From: Rebecca billardiae RCC1528
Lineage: Eukaryota > Protista > Haptophyta
Assembly: GCA_965240325.2 (NCBI GenBank)
Contig: OZ251234.1
Coordinates: forward strand, 2,209,568 to 2,273,567
Length of the DNA stretch: 64,000 nucleotides
Direction of reading: 5' to 3'
Within the stretch, counting starts at the first letter, position 1. Each line of letters begins with the position of its first letter. A model generated the notes under the pieces. It was not told where the DNA came from. It searched no databases and worked only from the letters and a program-made list of their open reading frames with translations. Made by a program: the position numbers and the translations under genes. Shown piece by piece: positions 50,728 to 62,338 of this stretch.

Positions 50728-50894
50728 CAGTAGGCTCAGCATGGCGTCTTCTTGCCGACAGCCGACGACGACTGATGATGATGCACACGTATTCCCGAAA
50801 CGGCAGCGCTCCCACTCGGTATCGTTATGAGCAGCAGCAGACCTTCCTCATGCCGCGCATCAGCATCGTCGCGTCGATGTGTTACGACGACGTG

Positions 50895-52131
50895 TCATGC
50901 GGAGATGCCGCCCCCGGCCGGCCGGCGCGCGCCCTCATCCGCGGCACCCGGCTCGCCCGCGGCGTCGCCGAGCCCGAGGCGCTGCATGCGCCACGTGTGC
51001 GTGACGCCGCGCTGCACCGGCCGCGGCCGCCGGCCCGTGCGCGCGCGCTCGAGCGAGCGGCTCACGTCCTCCCGCAGGTCGTCCGCGCCCGACTCGGCGC
51101 ACGCCCAGCGGCGCAGCGCGCGCACGTCCCCCTGCTCGCCCGACGGGCCGAGCACGGCGAGCAGCGCGCTGAACGCCACGTTGGCAGTGAGCAGCGAGAA
51201 GGCGATGGTCGAGAGCATGAACACGCCGAACTGGTAGAAGATGAGGAAGCGCGTGAGCAGCAGGAACGCCGACGCGCCGATCGTCGTGATCGCGCCCGAC
51301 TGCACGCTGATGCCCACCTCGACGAGCGCGTGCGTCAGCCTCGCCTCGCGCCCCGCCTGCGGCGCGCTCACGTACGCGAGCGCGTAGTGCACGACGAAGT
51401 CGACGGAGAAGCCGACGACGATGGTGGCGCAGATCGCCTCGATCAGCCCGAGGCTCCAGCCGAGCATCACCATCAGCCCGAGCGTGCACACCACCACGCC
51501 GCAGATGCAGACGAACGCCAGCGCCGCCACCGCCACGTTGCCCACAAACAGCAGCAGCGAGACGGAAGCGAACCCGAGCGCGGTGAGCACGCCGCTGAGC
51601 GTGGAGGAGATGTACGCCTGCGACATGCGCATGCCCGTGAACAGCCCCGAGCTCGTCGTCACGAAGAAGGGCGGCTGCTCCGCCGGGCGGCGCTCGTTCC
51701 ACGCCGCTTCGAACTGCAGCGCGGCCGCGTGCCCGGGCGCGACCTCGCCAATCCCGTACGCCAGCCGCGGGTTGAAGTCGATGTACACGCCCTGGACCAG
51801 GAAGTGCATGCGCGAGATGCGCGCGTCGCCGTCCGCGCCCACGCTCACCGTCTTGGCCTGCACGAACTTGTACCCCTGCGCCAGAAGGGGCGGCGCGCAC
51901 GAGGCGGGGGGCGCGGCTGAGCGCGCGCGCACGGCTCGCGGCTCGAGGCACGACGGCAGCGCGCGCGGCGCGCGCGCGCGCACGTCGCCCGGTGGCGTGT
52001 CCCCCTCGGGCGGGCGCAGGAACTCGTCGAGCTGCTCCCAGAACACGCGGCGCTCCTCGATCGGGAAGCCGATCTGCCGCGCGCGCAGCCAGCTGCGGAA
52101 GTCGTTCATGCTGCGCGCGCGCGCGCGCGCG

Positions 52132-52165
<34 letters not shown>

Positions 52166-52776
52166 AAGAGGTGGGCGGTGGGCGGTGGGCGGTGGTGGGA
52201 ACGCGCGGCGCGGCGCGGCGCGCGGTGCGGCGCGCGCACAGGCAGCTGGAGATCCGCCGGTTGTACACGAACTGGCCGCGCGGGCCGGGCGCGCGGATGC
52301 GCCGCGCCGCCTGGCACACGTCGAGCAGGTAGGCCTGCATGCGCTCCGAGGAGGGGTCGAAGGAGGTGTCGAACACGGCGTGTCCGCACGGGCCGTAGTG
52401 GCATGCCTCCGACTCGAACTCGAACTTGGAGTGGTTGGCGTAGTCGTTGGCGCCCACGCCCCACACCATCCACAGCTGCGCGCGCAGGTTCGCCTGCGAC
52501 TCCTGCCAGCCCGAGCGCACGGACACGATCGCGCGCCACATCGGGTCGTCCGCGGGCAGCCACTGCGGCGAGTCACTCGCCGGCTGCAGCTGCGAGGCGA
52601 CGCCGCCAAAGGAGGCATACAGCACGGCGCACGCGCAGAGCACGGGGTAGCGCCGGCGCAGGATGAACGGCGCGTACACGTCGCGGAAGAAGACCTCCGT
52701 GCGGTTCAGCGCGCCGGCGCCGCCGGGCTCGGCGTGGCTCGCGCGCGACTGGGCGGAGGGGCGGCGGCTGCCGAGA

Positions 52777-52833
<57 letters not shown>

Positions 52834-54994
52834 GACTGCTCGGTCGGGCGGCGGCTGCCAAAGGGCCCGCCCTCGGCGGAGGGGCGGCGGCTGCCGAGCG
52901 GCACCTCGGGCGTGACGTCCTCCGCCGCCGCGCCGCCGCCCTTCGTGTGCGCCGGCGGCTGCGGCGGCGCGGCCGGCGGCTGCGGCTGCGCCGGCTGCGG
53001 AGGCGGCTTGCGGCGCGGCGCGAGCGGCGCGAGCGCGGCGCGCGCGCGCTCGAGCGCGCGCGCCGGCGGCGTGCGGCGCCACACGGGCTCGGGCACGCAG
53101 CAGAGCGCGCGGGTGCGCAGGTGCGTGTCCCACACGAGCATGAGCGCGGGCACCACCGTCACGTCGAGCACCCAGTTCGCCAGGATCGCCGAGGCCGCGA
53201 GGATGCCGAACGCCGCCATCGGCATGATGGGCGAGGGGATGGCCGCGCAGAAGGCGAGCGCGGTCGTCATGTTGCACGCAAACATGGACGTGGCGGCGCG
53301 GCGCCAGACGTACGACATGCGGTACGTCCGCGCCGCCGCCTCGCCGTACAGCGCGCCCCACAGCGCCAGCCCCGCCGCGCTCTGCTCGTACGCGTCGAAG
53401 ACGATGAAGACGGAGTCCGCGCCCAGCCCGAGCAACACGAACAGCAGGAACATGTTGAGCGGGTCGAAGAAGGACACGCCGCACACGAGGATGGAGAAGA
53501 AGGCGCCGACGGGGAAGCAGAGCACGATGCCGAAGAGGCACGCCGCCGAGAGGAACACCGAGCGCGTGTGCAGCCAGATCCACAGCGCGACGAACATCAC
53601 CGCGCCCATCGCAAAGTTGACGTCCCGCGCGAGCACTTTGTCAAAGTACACGTTGACCACGGGCAGGGGCGCGAGCCAGCGCATCGCGAGGGAGCCCTCC
53701 GCGTCGAGCGCCTCGCGCAGCGCCTCGACGGCGGGCACCAGCCCGATCAGCCAGCCCTCCACCTCCGCGCGCTGCTCCTCCGCGCGGTCGTGCTCGTCCG
53801 CGTACCCGCCGAGCGGCAGCCCCGTCTGCACGGGGAAGCGCACGATGTGCGCGGCCTTGTCGCCTCGCTCGTAGTACGCGGGCAGCAGCGTGGAGGCGGG
53901 GAGCCACGAGACGCGCGAGGCGAGGTCGTCGGACTCGTCGGGCGGCTCGAGCTCCGCGTCGAGCGCGCGCCACCCCGCCTCCAGCCCGCGCCACTCCCCG
54001 GGCTCGCAGCCGTCGGGCCGTGCGCAGAAGTAGGGCAGGGGCGAGTACGGGCGCTGGCAGCGGTGCTCGTGCTCGGCCACGCCCTCGCACCCGGGCGGAG
54101 AGAGGCAGGCGACGCGCGAGACGGCGAGCGCGGCCTGCTGCACCTGGCTCGCCAGCCCGACGATCGCGCCGATCGCGCCGCCGTCCGCCTCCCACCCGCC
54201 CGCCGCCACCAGCGCCGCGCACTCGGACGCCACGTCGCGCACGGCGCCGCACGAGCCGCGCGCGCGCTCGCACAGCCGCTGCGCGTCCGCGGACATGTCG
54301 GCCGCGGCGGCCTCGGCGGCGGCGGTCTGCGAGGAGCCCGCCGCGAGCACGAGCGCGCCCGCCGCGTCGTACGTCCCGTTCGCGTGCGCGCACGGCCGCG
54401 GCGTGCGCCACGGGCAGCGCTGGCAGTAGGAGTCGTACCCGGCCGCGCGCGTGATCACGCGCGTCGCGCGCAGCATGCGGTCGAGGTTGGGCTCGGTGAA
54501 GACGGGCGCGGCGCGGTTCGGCTCGCCGTCGGCGTCGACCTCCTCGAAGATGAAGGTGAAGCCCTCGCCCAGCACCGTCTGCCGCTCGAGCTGCGCGGAG
54601 GCCACGTCCACGGTGCGCTGCGCGTTGATCACCATGTCCATGCGGTACGTCTCCACCGCGTCGGTGGGCGAGTACGCTGCGGCAAAGGAGGGGCGCGCGG
54701 CGGGGGCGGGGCGCGCGCGCTCGGCCGGCCGCGCGCCTCCGCGGCGCGCGCGCGCTTCGCGTGCGCCGTGCGCCGTGCGCTGCGCGCTGTGCGCTGCGCG
54801 CTGGCTGTGCGCGCACCGATCCGGCCGGTGCTGCGTCCAAACGAGACGCGGATGCTGCGCGCGCCGAGCACGCCGAGCAGCAGGTAGAGCGCGTACGTGA
54901 GCACGGCGACGAGGAGGGGCGCGCGCGCGATCAGCCTGCCCGCCGGGTGCGGCGGCGTGCGCCGGAACTCCTCGAGCTCGTCGACGACGACCAT
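50895..54994 (-). CDS. Dispatched/Patched/NPC1-like RND sterol-sensing membrane protein, 4 exons
   Basis: It has two TM bundles with LGLGADSVF and VGFSVDFVVHY GxxxD motifs. Introns lie at about 54816-54677, 52238-52111 and 51983-51875. The ATG is at 54994. Confidence 0.88.
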
Positions 54995-55127
54995 GACGGC
55001 TGCTGCTGTGCCGCTGGCGGGTGAGCAGTGATGCGCGCCGGCCCGCTGCTGATGCGGTGACATGCGCCTACACCTCATATCGTCAAGATTCGTCAGCCAG
55101 CTACCGCTCAGCTAGTAGTCTTATCTA

Positions 55128-56126
55128 TCCCCTTACCGCAGTTCAATCTGCTTCGTATGGAAGCAGATTTGACGGCGGCCGCTGCGCGCGCTTTGCGGCC
55201 CACCCACGCGCGCCTGGGCGTTGAACACGGCTTGAGAGTGTCCAGGCATGGTCTAGCTACCCTGAGACAGCTGCCAGCCTAGTACCTCCAACTTCACCGC
55301 CTCCACGATGGCAACGCGCGGCGGCGCCGAGCTGCCGTCGTGCTGGCTGGGCGCTCGACTGGCCCGCGACACCCGCACTCCTTGCAGCCGCTTCAAGCAC
55401 GTGGGCGACCGACAAAGATGATTGTAGACAGTGTACATACTGCGCGCGTTACTCTGCGCGCGTTCGCATGACCGATCACGCTGAAAGTGCCCAACAGCCA
55501 GTCGCGCGGGACACGCTGAGGCACATTGCTCGCTCCTTTCCTTGCGGCACGCCGCACGCGGTGTGTACACCGAGCGCAAGTCAGGCAGGCGCTTGGCGGG
55601 AGTGGTGGTATCGCTTCTTCGCTTGTCTTGGCGTCGATCGCAGGCGCGACGCGCGTACCCCTCGCAAGTACACCCTCCTCGTGCTCAGTGTCACTCGCGC
55701 GGAGCCCACGGTGAGGGATCTTGAGCTCGAGGTGCAGCGTACGAGTCTACGGGCGCTGAGTAGCAGCCTACCAACCGGCGCACGGGTGACGACCGTCATC
55801 CATTACGATATGATACCCCTCCCAGCCTCACGCCGCAGCCTGAAGATCACCTCCGCAGCGGTTTGAGCACCATTCCAAATCTGCTTCGTGGCATATATAT
55901 ATATATAATATAGTTCAAACGCTCGTTTGGCACTCCGTCTGGACGCCGTGGCACGAGAGAAGGGGAAGGGCGGTGGCGGCGAGGCTTGGGTCATCGATGG
56001 GTATGGTCCCAAAGATGCCCCCAAGCGTGCGCGCGCCCGCTCGCGCCGTCTACCTGCGCGCCCAGCGCTCCCACGCCGCCGCCCACCCAAATCTGCTTCG
56101 TATAGAAGCAGACTGCGGTAAGGGGA
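55128..56126 (-). mobile_element. Second, diverged copy of the TCCCCTTACCGCAG TIR family (TA TSD), in opposite orientation
   Basis: It has the same 14-bp TIR with TA flanks. Internal blocks are shared with 7016-8012 (AGGGTAGCTAGACCATGCCTG and AGGAGGGTGTACTTGCG). Confidence 0.88.
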
Positions 56127-56167
56127 TACGATATGACTGCTTTTCAGACTGCTAGCAGTTACGATCC

Positions 56168-59100
56168 TCAGATGATGCCATCGGCATCCGCCGCGGCGGG
56201 GGCGTGGGCAGCAGCGCCGAGCGGCGCGACGTTCATGTCGACGACGTGGACGTCATCCTCGACGTCGGAGCCGACCGTCGCGGCGCTCGTGCGCTGCGCC
56301 GCCGCGGGCCCGGCCCCGTCGGCCTGCCCGCCGCCCTGCGCGCCCGGCAGCAGCTGCACGCCGCTGTGCACCGCGGGCAGAGGGCCCGGCGCCGCCAGCC
56401 CGGCGGCGCCCGCGGAGGGCGAGGCGGGCGGCGGCTGCCGCGGCTCGGGCGGCGCGCCGAGCATCTGCACCGCGTCCGAGCCCGCGCCGCGCGCGCTGGG
56501 GCGTGCGCTCGGGCCGGCCGCCGCCGAGGAGGTGGAGCGGCTGTCCACGCCCGACGTGCGGCTGCGCTGCAGCAGCAGCGGCAGCCGGCGCGCGCTCGGC
56601 GAGTGCGCCGAGTGCGTGTCCTGCGCCAGCTCGGACGCGCGCACGCGGTTGTGCGTCCACGAGCCGCCGAGCCGGCCGCCGGCGGGCGCCGACTGGCGCG
56701 GCGCGCGCGTGCCCTTCACGCGCGGGCTGCGAGGGCGCGACGCCGGCTGCCGCCGCATCGACGAGGCGGACGCGCTCGCGCACGAGCTGGCTCGGCGCAG
56801 CGCGTCCGCAGCGGCCGCGACCGAGACGCGCGCCGACGCGCCGACGGGGCGCGCGCGGCGCGGCGCGAGCGGGCGGAGCTTGCTCGCGGCGATCCCCTCG
56901 CCCTTCGCCACCGCCCACTTGAGCACGTACTCCAGCCGCGAGTCCGGCCGCGTCGCGCCCACAAAGTCCGGGTCCTCGATCACCTCGCCGAGCGCGAGCA
57001 GCAGCGGCGCGGGCTTGAGCGTCGTGTTGAGCAGACGGATGCCGAGGTCGTCCCGGCGCAGGAAGGAGACGTCCGCCTTGACCCACAGCACGTGGTGCAC
57101 GTGGCGCAGGGGGCGGTGGGTGAAGGGCACGCGCGCCGCCTCGCCCGCCCCCTCCGTCGACGCCTCGGCCGCCGCGGCGACGCGGCCGCGCGGCGCCGCG
57201 GCCGCCGCGGCCGCCGCGCCGCCGCTTTGCCCGCGCTCGGCCGCGTCACCCTCCTCACCGCCCGGCACGCCGGCGCTGGTGGCGCGCGACTGGCGCATCT
57301 GCGCGATCTCGTCGGCGAGCGCCGCCTCCGACCCGGACGGGCGCGAGTCGGGCGGCGCCGGCGCGACGGTGGCGGGCGAGCTGCCGCGCGCCCTCGCGTC
57401 CGCCGCCGACGCCACCGACGCCGCGCCCGCGCCGCTGCCGCCGCGGCCGCCCTGGGGCGGCTGGGGCGGCTGCGCGCGCAGCGAGCCGACGGAGAGGGTG
57501 AGCGTGGTGTCGGCGAAGCCCAGCGACGGCGAGAACGGCGTCGCGCTTGTGCTCCGCCGCGCGCCCGTCGGCGTCGTCGGCGCGCTCGCCGCACCGCCGC
57601 CCGCCGAGACGGCCGAGTGTCGCGCGCTGCCGTCTGCGCTGCCGCCCCGGCTGCCGCCGCCGCCGCCGCCGCCGCCGCCAAAGCTAAAGTTGGTCACGGC
57701 CGAGGCGCGGCGCGACTCGTAGCCGAAGCCGCCGCCGTACGGCCCGGTCGAGTCGCGCCGGCTGCCCCCGCCGCCGCTCGTCGCGACCGAGCCGCGCCCC
57801 GCGCCCTCCGCGCCGCCGTGCGCGCCGCCGTGCGCGCCGCCGTGCGCGCCCCCGCCGCCGCCCACGAGCACGACGTGCGCGAGGTCGCGCCACGCGTGCT
57901 GCGAGAGCCGCGTCATCAGCCGCTCCGAGGCGGGGCGGGCGTAGATGCGCACGACGAGGGGCCACGCGGCGAAGGCGAGGAGGACGGGCACCGCCACGTC
58001 CGACGCGTACACCGAGTGCGCCGCGACGCACGCCGGCGACCACGCCTGCGCCGCCACGCCGATGCCGAGCGCGTACACGCCGCCCAGGCAGAGCAGCGTG
58101 AACGACACGGTCTCGGGCATCCAGCCCGTGTTGTACACGCGCACGTTGGAGATCCAGAGGAGCGACTGGAGCAGGAGGACGGCGGCGGGGCCGATCGACG
58201 CGCGCTCGAGCGTCTGCAGCAGCAGCGTCGTCGCCCACCCCGTCGGCGCCATCGCCAGCCGCGACAGCCGCATCGGGCATGCGGACGCGTGCGGCGTGGA
58301 GACGGCCACCTCAAACGGCAGCGCCAGGGACGAGAAGCACAGCGTGAACACGCCGAGCAGCACGAGCTGGCGCGGGCGGAGGGCGGAGAGCGTGCCGCCG
58401 AGCATGATGGGCAGCAGCAGCAGCAGCGCCAGGTAGTTGGGCAGCCGCAGCGCCACCGGGCGCAGCACCCACACCCCCTGGAAGCGGTCGTTGGTCTTGG
58501 CCGCCTCCGTCCAGTGCACGCTCGGGCCCTTGGCGCCGCGCGCACCCTCGCACCGCGCGAGCACGTCGTGCTGCGTGCCGTTGGACGGGATGAGGCGCGC
58601 GTCGTACGCGGCGTCCATCACGACGCGCCAGCGGTCGAGCCCGACCACCGAGCCCTGCACGTCCCACCCCCAGCCGAACGTGCGGCGGAACGCGTCGCCG
58701 TGCGCGCCCGGGCTCTGCGCCGCCAGCGCCTCGTACTGCGCAAACGCGGCGCTGAAGTTGAGACGCCCCGAGATCGCCTGGGAGAGGACGCGGCCGCCGA
58801 GGCGGTCGGCCTCGGGGATGCGCCACGCGGCGGCGGAGGGCGCGTCCGGGTCCATGCGCAGCTTCACCTCGTGCCAGCACGCGCCCTCCTCCGCCGCCAG
58901 CCCCTTGTCCGCGCACCACGCCGCCAGCTGCACCGCGCCCACCTCCACGTCTCCGCGCCACGCGCGCAGGAAGCGCACGCGCCCGCCGTGCTCGGCCGCG
59001 CAGCGGCGCATGAGCGGGAGCTGCGTGCGCGCGGCGGGCCAGTTCTGCTCGACGACGACCTCGCGCCGCTGCAGGAACCCCGCGGCGAGCGTGAGCCGCG

Positions 59101-59893
59101 CCCCCTCCGCCTCCGCGTGCGCGCGCACGCAGCGGATCTGGTGTGTGTTGAGGTGCTGCTGCGAGAGCGCGTCCGCAGGCAGCGCCGCGTCCGCCCAGCG
59201 CACGAGCGAGAGGGACGGGTACGTGCACTCGAGGCCGAGCTCGTACGTGGCGGAGCCGGTGAGGATGTACATCGAGCCCGGGTGGTGCGCGGAGAAGAGC
59301 AGGCAGCGGCGCAGCGCCTCCTCCACGCTCAGGCCGCGCGCGCCTCGGCACGCGCCCTCGGCCGCGTCCGCCCACCGGCCCATCTGCGCGCGCGTGCCGT
59401 CGGACCAGCCGGTGCACTCGAGCAGGCGGCGCGAGGCGCGGAGGCCCTCCTCGCCGGCCGTCCCCTCGAACACGAACGCGTCGGTCTCCCTGCACGCGCC
59501 CGTCCCCATCACCGCCTCGTTGAGCGAGCGCGCGAGCGCGGCCGCGTACTCGTAGTCGCCCTCGCGCCCGACCGCGCTCAGGTTGAGGGACAGGGTGGAG
59601 AAGTCGACGAGCGGCGTGTCGTCGGGGTGCGCGGCGTCGAGCCCGATCACCGTGTACGCCGCCGCCCCGCGCGCGCCGTGCGCCTCGAGCGCGCGCTGCA
59701 GGTCGGGCTCGTACGCGTGCGTGCGCCCAAACTGCACGTTCAGCCCCTCGGCCGAGCGCTCGGACTGGAGGAAGAGCGGCAGCACGAAGCCGACGAGCTC
59801 GACGGTGGTGGAGAAGAGCGCGCGCGAGAGCGCGAACGCGATCACGAACGCGCGCCACCCGGCCCAGCACGCGCGCCCGCGCCGCGCGCCCAT
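56168..59893 (-). CDS. Uncharacterised multi-pass membrane protein (~1,240 aa)
   Basis: A long intron-less ORF encodes an N-terminal hydrophobic segment, a ~450-aa Cys/Trp-containing domain, ~6 hydrophobic helices and a low-complexity tail containing a small globular block. Confidence 0.7.
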   Translation of the reverse strand: MGARRGRACWAGWRAFVIAFALSRALFSTTVELVGFVLPLFLQSERSAEGLNVQFGRTHAYEPDLQRALEAHGARGAAAYTVIGLDAAHPDDTPLVDFSTLSLNLSAVGREGDYEYAAALARSLNEAVMGTGACRETDAFVFEGTAGEEGLRASRRLLECTGWSDGTRAQMGRWADAAEGACRGARGLSVEEALRRCLLFSAHHPGSMYILTGSATYELGLECTYPSLSLVRWADAALPADALSQQHLNTHQIRCVRAHAEAEGARLTLAAGFLQRREVVVEQNWPAARTQLPLMRRCAAEHGGRVRFLRAWRGDVEVGAVQLAAWCADKGLAAEEGACWHEVKLRMDPDAPSAAAWRIPEADRLGGRVLSQAISGRLNFSAAFAQYEALAAQSPGAHGDAFRRTFGWGWDVQGSVVGLDRWRVVMDAAYDARLIPSNGTQHDVLARCEGARGAKGPSVHWTEAAKTNDRFQGVWVLRPVALRLPNYLALLLLLPIMLGGTLSALRPRQLVLLGVFTLCFSSLALPFEVAVSTPHASACPMRLSRLAMAPTGWATTLLLQTLERASIGPAAVLLLQSLLWISNVRVYNTGWMPETVSFTLLCLGGVYALGIGVAAQAWSPACVAAHSVYASDVAVPVLLAFAAWPLVVRIYARPASERLMTRLSQHAWRDLAHVVLVGGGGGAHGGAHGGAHGGAEGAGRGSVATSGGGGSRRDSTGPYGGGFGYESRRASAVTNFSFGGGGGGGGGSRGGSADGSARHSAVSAGGGAASAPTTPTGARRSTSATPFSPSLGFADTTLTLSVGSLRAQPPQPPQGGRGGSGAGAASVASAADARARGSSPATVAPAPPDSRPSGSEAALADEIAQMRQSRATSAGVPGGEEGDAAERGQSGGAAAAAAAAPRGRVAAAAEASTEGAGEAARVPFTHRPLRHVHHVLWVKADVSFLRRDDLGIRLLNTTLKPAPLLLALGEVIEDPDFVGATRPDSRLEYVLKWAVAKGEGIAASKLRPLAPRRARPVGASARVSVAAAADALRRASSCASASASSMRRQPASRPRSPRVKGTRAPRQSAPAGGRLGGSWTHNRVRASELAQDTHSAHSPSARRLPLLLQRSRTSGVDSRSTSSAAAGPSARPSARGAGSDAVQMLGAPPEPRQPPPASPSAGAAGLAAPGPLPAVHSGVQLLPGAQGGGQADGAGPAAAQRTSAATVGSDVEDDVHVVDMNVAPLGAAAHAPAAADADGII

Positions 59894-60146
59894 GCTCGAG
59901 GAGCGAGCTCCGCCGCCGCGCGGGGGGGGGGCCACTCAAAGCGGAACGACGGGGCTCGTCAATGCCTGATCCGTAGCTGTAGATGAGTACCGTACTACCG
60001 CCGTTCAAGTGCTACCCGTACACCTAAGTAAACTCAGCTCAGTCAGCTGCCATTCAGGCTAATCTATATCGACTGTCTGGAGAATTCTCATGATGATGGC
60101 GTTGGAGCGAGCACCCTCCGGGACCGGTGCGGCTCGGTTGATAATT

Positions 60147-61265
60147 CTAGCGCGGCCCGCGCCCCCCGCGCACGAGCGCGGCGACGTGCAGCGACGCGGC
60201 GTGCCGCTCGGACGGGCGCGGCGCGACGAGCATCTCCGGCGCGAGCTCGAGCGCGCGCGGCGGCGGCGGCGCGGCGCGCGGCCGCGCGGCGGCGGCGGCG
60301 GTCGCGGCGCGCGGCCGCGCGGCCGCCGCGCGCTCCGCGGCGGCGGCGGTCGCGGCGGTGCGCGCGTCGGCGGCGTCCCACGCCTCGAGCGCGCGCGCGT
60401 GCGCCCCCTTCGCCCGCGCCGCCCCACGCCGCTCCGCCGCCTCCGCGTCGCGCAGCGCGAGCAGCGCCGCCGGCCCGCGCGCGGCCTCGTGTCCGCGCGT
60501 GCAGCCCGCGGCCGCGTACGGGTTGGGCAGCCCGCCGTCCGCGGCCTCGGCCGGCGGGGGCGCGGCGTGGAGGAAGGCCTCGCGGCCGTGCGTCGGCCGG
60601 CGCTCGGGCAGCCGCGCCTCCCAGTCCACCGGCAGCTTGGCGCACAGCCGCACGAGCTCGTCGTCCGCCATCGCCCACACGAAGGTCGGGCGGCGGCCGT
60701 GGCCGCCGTACGGCGCTGGCCGGTCGGGGCCGGCGCCCGTGTCCGCCCACGGCGGGAAGGAGGGCGAGGCGAGGGGCAGCGGGCCCTCGCGCGGGCGCGG
60801 CGGGGAGGGCGGCGACGCCGCGCGCGCGCGCGCGCCCGCCGCCGCGCCCGCCGCCGCCGCCGCCGCGCCCTCGCCGCCCAGCGCCGCCGCGCGGTCGGCG
60901 CGCGCGCGCTCGAGCCGCAGCAGCCACGTGTGCAGCGCGCACCGCGTCGGCGCGGCGAGCACGAGCGAGACGGGCTCGGCGTCGTCGGGCGCGCGCTCGG
61001 CGGGGCGCACGCGCAGCTCGAACGTGTGCTCGCGCCGCGCCGCCGCGCCGCCCGCCGCGGGCGCGCGCGGGGCGGCGAGCAAGTCGGCCACGCGCACCGC
61101 GCCGCGGCGCGCGGCCGCGCCCGGCAGCGCGCGCGCGCCGTCGAGCCGCAGCTCGGACGGGTCGAGCGCGGCCCAGACCTCGCGCCACGCGGCGCCCTCG
61201 AGCACCTCGAGCGCGCCCGAGTGCGGCACGTGGCGCACGTACATCGACACGCCGCCGCCGGGCAT
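60147..61265 (-). CDS. PH-domain-containing protein
   Basis: The PH pattern is HSGALEVL..WREVWAAL..L..GAVRV..HTFEL..LVLAAPT...LHTWLLRL. Confidence 0.7.
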   Translation of the reverse strand: MPGGGVSMYVRHVPHSGALEVLEGAAWREVWAALDPSELRLDGARALPGAAARRGAVRVADLLAAPRAPAAGGAAARREHTFELRVRPAERAPDDAEPVSLVLAAPTRCALHTWLLRLERARADRAAALGGEGAAAAAAGAAAGARARAASPPSPPRPREGPLPLASPSFPPWADTGAGPDRPAPYGGHGRRPTFVWAMADDELVRLCAKLPVDWEARLPERRPTHGREAFLHAAPPPAEAADGGLPNPYAAAGCTRGHEAARGPAALLALRDAEAAERRGAARAKGAHARALEAWDAADARTAATAAAAERAAAARPRAATAAAAARPRAAPPPPRALELAPEMLVAPRPSERHAASLHVAALVRGGRGPR

Positions 61266-61444
61266 CGCGCGCGCGCCTCGTCCAAGGCGATGAGGAGGGC
61301 TGGCCGTTCAAACCGCCGGCGCCGCCATGCTGCACTCCGCGCGCAATTTTCGCGCGCGATATAACTTTGCTTGTAGATCTCGCCGCATGAATTCGCGCAG
61401 GCCACTGACGCGCGCGCGTCTTCCGCGTGATTCCACCCGCCGCC

Positions 61445-62012
61445 ATGCTCGGCGCGCTCGCGTGCGCGGCGCTCGCCTTCAGCGCGCCGCCGCTGGCGCG
61501 CCCCTCGAGGAGCCTCTCGGCCATGCGCACGGCGCCATTCGCCCCGCCCCTCGCCCAGCCGCTCCCGCCCCGCGCCGCCGCCCCGTCGCGCTGCGCCGCG
61601 CGGATGGACGAGTCGCCCGACAACCTGATCGAGTGCGCGCGACGCGCGCGCGGCGCGGCCGGCGGCCGTGCGCGCCGGCGCGCTCCCACGCGGCACGCGC
61701 GCGCGGTGCGGTGCGCTCACTCGCTCCGCCCCGCCACCGCCGGACGCGCGTCCCAGGTACTCGCTGCGCATGCTCGGGTTTGGCGCGTCCGCGGTGGCGG
61801 GGCTGGTGTTCACCATCTTCATCGGGCCGATCCAGGCGTTCATGCGCAACCCGAAGACGGGCGCGATCGCCGGCGTGGTGCTCGCCGCGCTCGCCGTCGG
61901 CCTCGGCGTCACGCTCAGCGCGATGCTGGGCGCGGACACGTCGGACATGCCGCGCGAGGCGGTGCAGCAGGCCGACTCCTTCAACGACTTTGTGCCGCCG
62001 CGCATCGAATGA
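61445..62012 (+). CDS. ycf33: Nuclear-encoded Ycf33/DUF751-like small plastid membrane protein, 2 exons
   Basis: A signal peptide is followed by AF and a transit-like region. The intron at 61633-61756 joins the frames. The mature part has 2 TM segments with MRNPKTGAIA...TLSAMLG, which resembles DUF751. Confidence 0.62.
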
Positions 62013-62338
62013 GGCGCAGCCTGGTAGTAGCAGCGGCTCTGAGGAGACGTGCGCGTACATCCCGCGGTGGCGGGCGGCGCGATCACACCGGGCGGGGCGC
62101 ACGTGCTTGTCGGCAGTGCGAGGACGCGGGCGAAGCTGTGCCGACGAGGCGGCCGCAGCCAGCAGCCGTGACTCGTGGGCAATAACTTTTTTCCCGCTCC
62201 CACTCGTCGAGTAATAATCCCGATTTTTTAAAGAAGAATTCGCGAGCGAGGAAAGTTCCGGTGACTTTGACCCGCCGCGCCCGGACCGGGGGCCGCCGAT
62301 GGGGCGAGGGCGCGGGGTTCAATTTCAAAGCGCCCGCG

